Part shown: positions 40,801-52,800 of the stretch, one piece after another | Layout of the letters: each line of letters begins with the position of its first letter | Position numbering within the stretch: the first letter of the stretch is position 1 | Assembly: GCA_964016885.1 (NCBI GenBank) | Contig: OZ024743.1 | Span: 7,254,001-7,318,000 of the forward strand | DNA length: 64,000 nucleotides | Direction of reading: 5' to 3' | Origin: Eledone cirrhosa | Lineage: Eukaryota | Translations under genes and position numbers: made by a program | The notes under the pieces: generated by a model | The model's input: the letters and a program-made list of their open reading frames with translations, nothing else | Databases searched by the model: none | What the model was told of the DNA's origin: nothing

Positions 40801-43800
40801 AAAACTACACCTGATGTACCCCTTCCATACACATGCACACATGTGTGTATCATGACTCGTGCACTGTTCATTTTACTGATGTTTGTGCATTGCCCTATGT
40901 ACTGTACATGCACTTTTTTTGATGAGTTGTGGTGCACCTGGGCACTGTACACAATATTTCATTATTGTTATTGTTATTATATCATGACTCGTACACTGTT
41001 CATTTTCCTGACATTTGTACATTATTCTATGTACTATACATGCACCTTTGATGAGTTGTAGTGCACCTGAGCACTGTACACAATAATTTCATTATCATTA
41101 TCATTATCATAGGGGAAACCTCATGGTGGTCCATAGGTGTGCTAGAAATGGCAGCTACATCAGCTAAACAGGGGGAACCTCTTCGTGGTCTATAGGTGTG
41201 TTAGAAATAGCAGCAAAATAGGAGGTACGTCATGGTGGTTCCTTTGTGTGCTGGAAATAGCAGCTAAATAGGGGAAAATCACGTTGGTTTATAGGCATGT
41301 TAGAAATAGCAGCTACATCAGCTAAACAGGGGAATCATAATGGTGGTCCATATGTGTGCTAAAATAGCAGCTAAATAAGGGAAACCTTATGGTGGTCCAT
41401 AGGTATGCTAGAAATTGCAGCTAAATACGGGGAACCTCATTGTGGTCTATAGGTGTGCTAAAAATAGCAGCTACATCAGTTAAACTGTGGGATCCTCATG
41501 GTGGTCCATAGGTGTACTAGAAATAGCAGCTACATGGAGGAAACCTCATGGTGGTCCATAGGTGTGCTAGAAATGGCAGCTAATAGGTGGAAACCTATGG
41601 TGGTCCCTATGTGTGCTGGAAATATCAGCTACATCAGCTAAACACGAGGAACCTCATTGTGGTCTTTAGGCGTGCTAGAAATAGCAGTTAAATAGGGGGA
41701 TAATGTATCAACTAACTTACGCTCAATCAGTGGATTATCTGTACTATTTCTGGTGTTTAGCCAGTCTTCTAATGTTTGCTGACAGAGTTCCATCTGTATG
41801 TAGAGAGTTTTATATGTTGGATACTGAAAAACAAAAAAAAAACAACAACAAAGTTATAATAAAACACCTCAGGGAAATGGCCTTGCTCAGTATGTAGAAA
41901 AGGTGTAGGTAGGAACTCCATTCTCTGCCCCAAATGCAAACAATGGGTACACAAGAGATGTAGCGGGATCTCAGGAAGCTTAATTAAGAATGTAGGCTTC
42001 ACATATAGCAGCTGTGCTGGGACAGCAAGCAGCAAACAGCCACAGGAAACAAGTACCACCAAACTCTGGGAGGGCTCTGTAGAAACAGTAGACAGCTTCT
42101 GCTACCTAGGTGACTGAATTAGCAGCGGAGGTGGGTGTTCAGAAAGTACAATAACTAGGGTAAGAATGGGATGGAAGAAGTTCAGGGAACTACTGCCACT
42201 GCTAGCTGCAAAAGGCTTCTCCCTCAAAATGAAAGGCAGACTGTATGATGCGTGTATCCGAACAGCAATGTTACATGGTAGTGAGACCTGGGCGCTGAAG
42301 GTGGAAAACTTACGTAGATTAGAGAGAAACGAAGCCTGCATGCTCCGATGGATGTGTAATAGTAATATACGCGAACGACAAAGCATAAATGAATTGAGAG
42401 AGAGACTGAGCATAAGAGGAATCAAATGCTGTGTGCAGGAGTGGCGGTTGCGTTGGTATGGACATGTGATACGTATAAAGGATGACAGCTGCATAAAAAG
42501 GTGCAGAGCACTAGAAGTCAATGGAAACCGCAGAGTAGGGGGACCCAAGAAGACCTGGGATGAAGTGATAAAAGCCGACCTTACCCAATTACACTTCTCA
42601 AAGGCGATGACACACGACCGTGACCTCTGGCGTCACGCAGTAATACAGAGTACCCGACCTCCCATGGGTACAAGCTGAAGCATATAGACAATATGCCCTC
42701 ACACCCCCCACTGCAAAGTGGTCATGGAGGTGTCATGGCAAAAAAGCACCCAGCCCACACTGTAAAGTGGACGTGTAGGCACCACGGAAAAAAGCACCCA
42801 GCACTCACTGTAAATGAGGTTGGTGTTAGGAAGGGCATCCAGCTGTAGAAATCAAGCCAAAATCAGTTCCTGTATGAGCAAGGCATGGTCAGCCGACCAG
42901 ACACTGCCCACAACAGGACAACCCGTCTAACCCATGCTAGCATGGAAGAACGGACGTAAAACGGTGATGATGATGATGATTTTCAATGAAACAAATCTTT
43001 TGTGCCTGAATTTTTGAGACAAGGAATTATTATCATAAAATGTAGATAGATTGTTCTCATTTCAATGTCCATGCCCAGAGTATTCTTGTCATCATAAGTA
43101 ACTAATATAAGGATGTCTTCGGCCTGATTGAGAATAATCTATGCCAATGGTTATAAACATACAGGATGATTATGGCTTAGGTCTTCTCAATCAGGGCTAA
43201 CCTATCATCATCACTGCTTAACATCCATTTTCCATGGTAGCATAGCTTAGATGGGTTGTCCTGTTGTGAGTCAAGTCAAATCACATGACTGTATCTTGCT
43301 CACACAAAAAAATGTCTGGCTTGGTTTCTATAGCTGGATACCCTTCTTAACATCAACCACATTTACAGTGTGGACTAGGAGCCTTTCAATGTTATAAATT
43401 AAAATAACTAAAAAGGAAAATATATTTTTGACTGAGTTTCAAATTCATCTGATAACAGAATATATTAGCCATGTAGTTAAATAGCAAACGATTATGAAAA
43501 AGTAAAACAAAAAAATATTTCTAGTGAAGAAAGAAGAAAGTAGGTATAAGAAATGGGGGAAACTAAAGTGTAAATGAAGTGACCCTAACATGGAATTTAA
43601 ACAGGATCAGGGCCCCAAATTGTTGAGAATTAACTACTAAACAACTATAAAATTTATCTTGCAATTACCCAAGGTAGCAAATTGGCAGAGTTATTAAATA
43701 CCTTGCAATATCCTGGTTTTCTACACTCTGAGTGAGTTCATATTCTGCTGAGGTAGTTTTGCCTTTCATCTATTTTGTGGGGTGGAGATCGATAACTAAA

Positions 43801-46800
43801 GTACCAGCCCTGAGAGGTGGATTGGTGGAATTGTTAGAGCATCAAATGAGATGCCTTATAGTAACTATTCCAGCTCTGTTCCTATGAATTCAAATGCTGC
43901 TTCTTGTTACTAGAAAAATGGTGACAATAGGATTTATGGAACCCTTTCATTAAAACACCCAAGAAACCACCTATGAGATAATAATAATGAAATTATTGTG
44001 CACAGGGAGAAGTCACAAGGAGCCATATCAGGGCTGTAGGGTGGTTGTTGTACCAGTAACCTTTTAGGAGGCTGGCTAAACCTATACAGATGTGAGATAT
44101 AACAACAGTAACAACAGTTACCCAATACATTTCAAACTTCAAGTTCCAAAATCAATTTTCTGTGACATCCAATATTTATTGGAAGAACAAGGGTAAAAGA
44201 CATTCAACAACAAAAAATATGTGAATCAAATGTTAGATAAAGGAAAGTAATGCTTACACATATGGAATGTTTACTCAGGCTACAAATTTGATTATTGGAA
44301 CAATCAGAGGAATCACTTGAATTTGATGATGAGTCTGCTTCTTTGATGACTCTTTGAAAGAACAAGTAAGAAAAATAGCATTATGATTTAAAACACATAT
44401 AAGGCATAGCTATGTGGTTAAGGAGTTTGCTTTGCAACCGTATGAGTTTGGGTTCAGTTTCACTGTGTGACAATCTCAAGTTGACTGATTGATTTCTTGA
44501 GAGTGATATTTGGGAGACAGGAACTGTACAGAAGCCCATTATATATGTGTCCTCATGTCTGTATTTATGTTGCTGTTAGTTCATGTCCCATAACTTAGTG
44601 ATGCTAGACTTTACCAGACTAATTGAATAATGGAATTGATATGATCAACTAAGGCCCTCCAAGCAGGTGCCTCAGCAGGCCTCAATTCAAAGACTGATGC
44701 CAAGAAAAGAATAAAAGAATAAATATGTTTATGCATCAAGCTAAGACTAGCATACAAGTTTAATCCCTTATGAAAAAAAGAAAGATGATAATGTCTCTTT
44801 TTATATATATAATAATAATAATGAAATTATTGTGTAAAGTGCTCAGGTGCACTACAACTCGTCAATATAGTACATAGAATAATACACAAATGCCAGGGAA
44901 GTACATGTTTGTATGTGTTAGCTGTAGTGTTGGCGGATCTCGGGAAGCATGGAGGTTTTAAAGGATGCAGTGTCTCGACAGCTAACAACTGATGCAGGTA
45001 GTTTGTTCCATGCTTCAGCAACTCTGAGCGTGAAAAAATGTTTCCGAAAGTCATGGGAACTGTGCTGTTTTCTTACTTTGTGGGCATGCCCACGTGTGTT
45101 AGACACATGGAAATCGAAAAGGCACTCAGGGTTGTTGTTGGCAACATGGTTAACAATTTTGTGGGTGTTTACCAAGTCAGTTGCCAGGCGTCGGAGCTTC
45201 AATGAATCCATGCCCAGGGAAGCAAGGCGCTCAGAGTATGGTAGATGCCTGATGGAGGGTATTCGCTTGGTTGCACGTCTCTGAACAGTTTCCAGGCGGT
45301 CAATGTCCTGAGCAAGATAGGGGTTCCAGACTGGTGATGCAAATTCTAAGTGTGGTCGCACCATAGCTGTATACAGCCTTAAATAGATATCTGGAGAGCG
45401 GCTGACAAAGGTCTTGCTGAGTGATGCTAAGACACCCTCGGCCCTCTTGACAATTTTAGAGACGTGCCTCGTCCAACGCAAATCGCTGCTGACCGTAATG
45501 CCCAGGTCACGTTCACAGGAAGACTTCTTGATATTAGTGCTGTGGAGGGAGTATGTGGACGCTGGGTTTTTACTCCCAAAATGCATGGTGGTGCACTTGT
45601 CCACAGCTAGCTTGAGTTGCCAGTCTGAGATCCACTGTTGCATTGTGTCCAGGTCAGACTGCAAGCAAGATCTATAGTGTTCAGGATCTGTCCTTTTTAT
45701 CTCAAGGTACAGCTTGATGTCGTCTGCGTACTTTAGTACTGTGGCATTCCTTAAGTTGGCATCTATGTCATTAATATATGCCACAAACAAAAGGGGGCCA
45801 AGAACAGATCCCTGAGGTACACCAGATGACATCTCATATGGTGAGGAATGCTGTCCCAGAACCGTGACTACCTCTCTTCGACTGAGAATGAAGGACTTCA
45901 ACCAGTTAAAAAGATCATCCTTCACACCCATTGCAGAGAGTTTTGCCATAAGCCTTTTGTGTGGCACAGAATTGAAGGCCTTCGCAAAGTCAAGGTAAAC
46001 AATATCCACCCATGAGCCGCCATCAGTGATCCGGATGATGTCCTCAAGAAACTCTATAAGTTGATCACAGCAGCTGGAGTTGGGGATAAATCCAAATTGC
46101 GAGGGCCGGATTGCGAGGGCCGGATAAGACTGTGAGAGCTCCAGAAGTTCCAAAGTGTTTCTCTGACACAGGATTCCATCAGTTTGGCGATGCAACTAGT
46201 AAGACTGACTGGACGATAGTTCACAGGTGATGTGCGGTCACCCTTTTTGAACAGAGGAATGACACTGGCAGTTTTCCACTGTTCTGGAGTAGCACTGTTG
46301 TTCAGACAGAATTGGAAGAGGCGTGATAACTGGTGTAGAAGGAAGTACCCACCACGTTTAAGAAGCAGGTACGTAACACCATCAAGACCAGGAGAGGCAT
46401 GGTTGCGTTTATTTTTTAGGTGACGTCGCAGCATTGCAGGTGTAAATTCCATGGTTGTAATAGAGTCCGGTGTCATAGGTGGTGGAGATGGTACACTCTG
46501 GTCTTCAATGGTGAAAATGCCTGCATAGCATTCAGCAATGAGCTCTGCGCATTCCTTGGGGTCGTCAGTAACCTGGCTTGTGTGGGGATTGCGAAGAGGA
46601 CCAACTGGAGAGTGAGGCCTCTGCTTTGAGTGAACATACTTCCAGAACACCTTACTGTCAGGGCTGGTTGCTATGCGCTGCTCAAATTGAAGCACTGCCT
46701 TTTTTGTCACCTGTTTGAGGTGGTTGGACGATCTATTTCGCCTCTTCCTATTAATGTCTGATTTGTGAAGTTTGTACTCACGTTCAGCATTGCGCCATTC

Positions 46801-49800
46801 TTTTCTGGCAAGACGGACTGCTGCAGTCTCCCAAATTGCACTTTTAGGATGTTTTTTCCGCTTACGTGGCACCGATGCTGCACATGCTGTCCATATTGAG
46901 CTCAGGATGTTCTGGAGTACAGTGTTGACATCTCCAGAGTCATAGAACTCAAGCCAGTTTGGCCGTTGCAACTCGGTGCAGTAACAGTTCCAGTCTGCTT
47001 TATTTCTAACTAGTATGTATGGTATGTATGGACCCATAACTTCTGAGGGAGTTGTAGGGGCCCTGTATTGACATACATCATGTCTAGGGCATTTAAAAAA
47101 TCTGGCAGAACCTATCCCCTCTCCAGGTCTGAATACAGCAGATTTCTTCCAGAAAGTGAGAGAAGGTAGTGAGAAGATATAGAGGAAGAATTGACTCCAG
47201 TACGAGACTGGTACTTTTTTTTATCGACCTTAAATGGATGAAAGGCACAGTTGACCACTTCTAATTAGTACGTTCATCAAATAAATGAGGCGCAAATTTC
47301 TGGTTTCAACATTTACTCAAAGTACACACACTGATATTAACATTTATACTGCAATAAATATTTCTTATACATTACTTTCTTAGTTTTCAAATTGCTCCCT
47401 GAATACATGATTCACTTCCAATGGATCATATTCTCATTATTCTGCTCTAGTCATTCCTCCTATTGATCATCTTCCCACCAAACATATAAATACCACAGAT
47501 AAGCTACTTTCTTAAGAAAGTTCCATTTTTAACTGTAAAGGAAGCACTTCACTAAACTTTCAACCACTTCACACTAGGTATATTTCTACAGCTGTCACCA
47601 GTGTTTGGATAAGAAGCCCAAAAGTAGGTATATTGTATCCTGTTTCAAGAGAAGTAAGCATCTGAAATAGTTAAACTTATAAACCAAATATAAAAAGATA
47701 TTTTGTAAATAAAGTTGAAGCTAATTGCAAAATAAATAAAAATAAGTAAAATAATATGTAAAATAATAGAAAATATCTAATTCTAAAGTTATTAATAATA
47801 ATAATAATAATAATAATGAAATTATTGTGTAAAGTGCTCAGGTGCACTACAACTCATCAAAGGTGCATGTATAGTACATAGAATAATATACAAATGTCAG
47901 AGAAGTGAATAGTGTATGAGTCATGATATACATGTGTGTATATGTATGGAGGGGGAACATTAGGTGTAGTGTTGGCAAATCTCAGGAAGCATGGAGGTTT
48001 TAAAGGATGCAGTGTCTCGACAGCTAACAACTGATGCAGGTAGTTTGTTCCATGCTTCAGCAACTCTGAGCGTGAAAAAATGCTTCCGAAAGTCATGGGA
48101 ACTGTGCTGTTTTCTGACTTTGTGGGCATGCCCACGTGTGTTAGACACATGGAAATCAAAAAGGTGCTCTGGGTTGTTGTTCGCAAGATGGTTAATAATT
48201 TTGTGGGTGTTTACCAAGTCAGTTGCCAGGCGTCGGAGATTCAATGTATCCATGCCCAGGGAAGCAAGGCGTTCAGAGTATGGTAGATGCCTGATGGAGG
48301 GTATTCACTTGGTTGCACGTCTCTGAACAGTTTCCAGGTGGTCAATGTTCTGAGCAAGATAGGGGTTCCAGATTGGTGATGCAAATTCTAAGTGTGGCTG
48401 CACCATAGCTATGTACAGCTTTAAATAGATAGCTGGAGAGCGGCTGACAAAGGTCTTGCTGAGTGATGCTAAGACCCTTGGCCTTCTTGACAATTTTAGA
48501 GATGTGCTTCGTCCAACGCAAATCACTGCTGACCGTAATGCCCAGGTCACGTTCATAAGAAAACTTCTTGATATTAGTGCTGTGGAGGGAGTATGTGGAC
48601 GCTGGATTTTTTACTCCCAAAATGCATGGTGGTGCACTTGTCCACAGCTAGCTTGAGTTGCCAGTCTGTGATCCATTGTTGCATTGTGTCCAGGTCAGAT
48701 TGCAAGCAAGATCTATAGTGTTCAGGATCTGTCCTTTTTATCTCAAGGTACAGCTTGATGTCGTCTGCATATTTCAGTACTGTGGCATTCTTTAAGTTGG
48801 CATCTATGTCATTAATATATGCCACAAACAAAAGGGGGCTAAGAACAGATCCCTGTGGTACACCAGATGACATCTCATATGGTGAGGAATGCTGTCCTAG
48901 AACTGTGACTACCTCTCTTCGACTGAGTATGAAGGACTTCAACCAGTTAAAAAGATCATCCTTCACACCCATAGCAAAGAGTTTTGTCATAAGCCTTTTG
49001 TGTGGCACAGAATTGAAAGCTTTCGCAAATTCAAGGTAAACAACATCCACCCATGAGCTGCCATCAGTGATCCGGGTGATGTCTTGAAGAAACTCGATAA
49101 GTTGATCACAGCAGCTGGAGTTGGGGATAAATCCAAATTGCAAGGGCCGGATAAGACTGTGAGAGTTCCAGAAGTTCCAAAGTGTTTCTCCGACATAGGA
49201 TTCCATCAGTTTGGCAATGCAGCTAGTAAGACTGACTGGACAATAGTTCACAGGTGATGTGCGGTCACCCTTTTTGAACAGAGGAATGACACTGGCAGTT
49301 TTCCACTGTTTTGGAGTAGCACCATTGTTCAGACAGAATTGGAAGAAGCGTGATAACAGGTGCAGAAGGAAGTACCCACCACGTTTGAGAAGCAGGTACG
49401 TAACACCATCAAGACCAGGAGAGGCATGGTTGCGTTTATTTTTAAGGTGACATCGCAGCATTGCAGGTGTAAATTCCATAGTTGTAATAGAGTCCGATAT
49501 CAGAGGTGGTGGAGACGGTACACTCTGGTCTTCAATAGTGAAAATGCCTCCATAGCATTCAGCAATGAGCTCTGCGCATTCCTTGGGGTCGTCAGTAACC
49601 TGGCTTGTGTGTTGATTGTGAAGATGACCAACTGGAGAGTGAGGCCTCTGCTTTGAGTGAACATACTTCCAGAACACCTTACTGTCAAGTTGGTTGCTAT
49701 GCGCTGCTCAAATTGAAGCACTGCCTTTTTTGTCACCTTAAGGAACAATAGTTAGTATAAAATATTACCTTGAATTAGAAGTAAAATCTGAGTTCAGAGA

Positions 49801-52800
49801 ATATTCAAGATCCAAACCTTCATTTGTTGAAGGAGCTGGAAGAAAGAAATTGTAAAATAGAAATATTTATTGATTTATAACAGGGAATGAAAATGAAAAT
49901 TATTGTGTATAGTGCTCAGGTGCACTACAACTCATCAAATGTGCATGTATAGTACATAGAATAATGTACAAATGTTAGGAAAGCGAACAATGTGTGTGCG
50001 TGTGTATGGAGGGGGAATATCAGGAAGCATGGAAGTTTTGAAGGATGCAAATAAGCAGTGTCTAACACAGCACTAACTTGAGTGGTAATTTATTTTTCAA
50101 TAATAATAATAATGAAATTATTGTGTAAAGTGCTCAGGTGCACTACAACTCATCAAAGGTACATGTATAGTACATAGAATAATACACAAATGTCAGGGAA
50201 GTGAATAGTGTAGGAGTCATGATATACATGTGTGTATGTGTATGGAGGGGGGACATTAGGTGTAGTGTTGGCAAATCTCAGGAAGCATGGAGGTTTTAAA
50301 GGATGCAGTGTCTCGACAGCTAACAACTGATGCAGGTAGTTTGTTCCATGCTTCAGCAACTCTGAGCGTGAAAAAATGTTTCCGAAAGTCATGGGAACTG
50401 TGCTGTTTTCTGACTTTGTGGACATGCGCACGTGTGTTAGACACATGGAAATCAAAAAGGTACTCAGGGTTGTTGTTGGCAAGATGGTTAATAATCTTGT
50501 GGGTGTTTACCAAGTCAGTTGCCAGGCATCGGAGCTTCAATGTATCCATGCCCAGGGAAGCAAGGCATTCAGAGTATGGTAGATGCCTGATGGAGGGTAT
50601 TTGCTTGGTTGCACGTCTCTGAACAGTTTCCAGGAAGTCAATGTTCTGAGCAAGATAGCGGTTCCAGACTGGTGATGCAAATTCTAAGTGTGGCCGCACC
50701 ATAGCCATGTACATCCTTAAATAAATAGCGGAGAGCAGCTGACAAAGGTCTTGCTGAGTGATGATAAGACACCCTCGGCCCTCTTGACAATTTTAGAGAC
50801 GTGCTTCGTCCAACGCAAATCGCTGCTGAGCGTAATGCCCAGGTCACGTTCACAAGAAGACTTCTTGATATTAGTGCTGTGGAAGGAGTATGTGGACGCT
50901 GGATTTTTACTCCCAAAATGCATGGTGGTGCACTTGTCCACAGCTAGCTTGAATTGCCAGTCTGAGATCCATTGTTGCATTGTGTCCAGGTCAGACTGCA
51001 AGCAAGATCTATAGTGTTCAGGATCTGTCCTTTTTATCTCAAGGTACAGCTTGATGTCATCTGCATATTTCAGTACTGTGGCATTCTTTAAGTTGGCATC
51101 TATGTCATTAATATATGCCACAAACAAAAGGGGGCCAAGAACAGATCCCTGTGGTACACCAGATGACATCTCATATGGTGAGGAATGCTGTCCCAGAACC
51201 GTGACTACCTCTCTTTGACTGAGAATGAAGGACTTCAACCAGTTAAAAAGATCATCCTTCACACCCATTGCAGAGAGTTTTGACATAAGCCTTTTGTGTG
51301 GCACAGAATTGAAGGCCTTCGCAAAGTCAAGGTAAACAACATCCACCCATGAGCCGCCATCAGTGATCCGGGTGATGTCTTCAAGAAACTCGATAAGTGT
51401 AGCTAAATACATTTTTTCTCTCTATGATAACTGAAAATAATTAGAGATCTCATATTGAGTATTATATGAGATTACATTACAGAATAATAAACTCTGCTCA
51501 GGTCGTTTGATCTGGCAGACATAGCAGCTGAATTTCCCACTGTCATCTTATAAAAAGACATGACACATTAGATAATATAATCCTACATCATCATCATTTA
51601 ACATTTGCCTTTCTTGCTAGTAAGGGTTGGACATGACATCACAGACCTAGTCAGTACTTAATAATAGCTATTGATCTCTCAGACAAGCTGGGGACTACAC
51701 CTTGCTTACATATGTTCTTGCACATTACAAGCACCAGCACTAAAGAGGTTGTCTTGCCTGGCACACAATTCGAGAGTCCTCGTGACCCTTTGTTTGGCAA
51801 GTTTTCTATGGCTGGATGCCTTTCCTATTCCCAACCACTTTACAGGTGTACTAGGTACGTTTTATTGTGTCACCAACACTATGAGTGACTTTTTTTTTGG
51901 TGCAGTTTTTACAGCTGGATTCGCTTTTTATCACCAACTACCTTACAAAGTGCAGAGGATGCAGTTTTTTGCGGCTCTTTCCCCCAGCACTAGAGGGGTT
52001 GTTGTATTGTGACTAAAGGGTCCTTTGAACCTTTTGGTATGGTTTCTATGACTGGAAATGCCATCATCAACTACTTTACAGAGTGTACTGACAGTGTTTT
52101 ATTGTGGCATCAACACTAGGGAGGTCGTTGGGTTACTAACTTGACTGAAGAGTTTTTCTACTCTAGGACACATATATACACACACAAGAGATGGGATGGC
52201 CGTGGCTGGAATACCTTCAATCATAGGCCTTCTTGATAAGGTAAGAAAACATTGGTGATGTTATATTTTATACAGTGTTTAAAAAATAAAGAGAATTTTA
52301 AATGAAAGAAAACTGAACTTACGTGTCTGGAAGTCATCATATTCTAGCCAAGCAGAATTATATCCAACAATATTTTTATGTTTCAAACTAGCTAACGTTT
52401 TTACTTCCTCAAATATCTGGGGATAAAAAGGTACAAAACATTACTGGTACTCATTAAAAAGGTTTTACAATGTGGTTAATTACATTTCAAGTATGATATG
52501 TCAACTATAGTAGCTTACAAACCCAGGGTCTGCTGCACTTCCAGCTGAGGAAGGTAAACACTCCAAATATTGGTCGCTCTCTGACATGTCTGCGGTCGAG
52601 CTTGTAGTAATGGAGACTTCTGATGTCCTTGGCCCTAGGGCCACCTCCCTACTCGCCACCATTGGCACAGAGTTGGCTACCCACAGGTGTGAGCCTCGCG
52701 AGATGGAATGGTTCTTCCAGCATGTCTCCCTCACCATCCTCCAGGGAAATACCTTCTCTATTGTCTGGTGGGGCGTGGGCCTCCATTTGCTCATAATAGT

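Larger units (their letters stand above)
39218..41700. repeat. Tandem satellite of about 41/50-bp units (aacctcatggtggtccataggtgtgctagaaatagcagct[acatcagct]aaa), interrupted by two CR1 fragments
   Basis: Roughly 40 diverged tandem units visible directly in the sequence. Confidence 0.92.

Noticed and set aside
39218-41700. CRISPR array, or resemblance of gctagaaatagcagttaaatag to the SpCas9 sgRNA scaffold (GCTAGAAATAGCAAGTTAAAATAAG)
   Set aside because: Units are contiguous with no unique spacers, no cas genes are present, the context is a spliceosomal intron, and the motif is part of a dispersed host repeat. The short match is coincidental.
47310-47661. Possible extra kinase-insert exons (acceptor-like sites at 47661 and 47348)
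   Set aside because: They hit stops or give an incompatible phase; exons 49769-49835 and 44258-44351 already join in frame.
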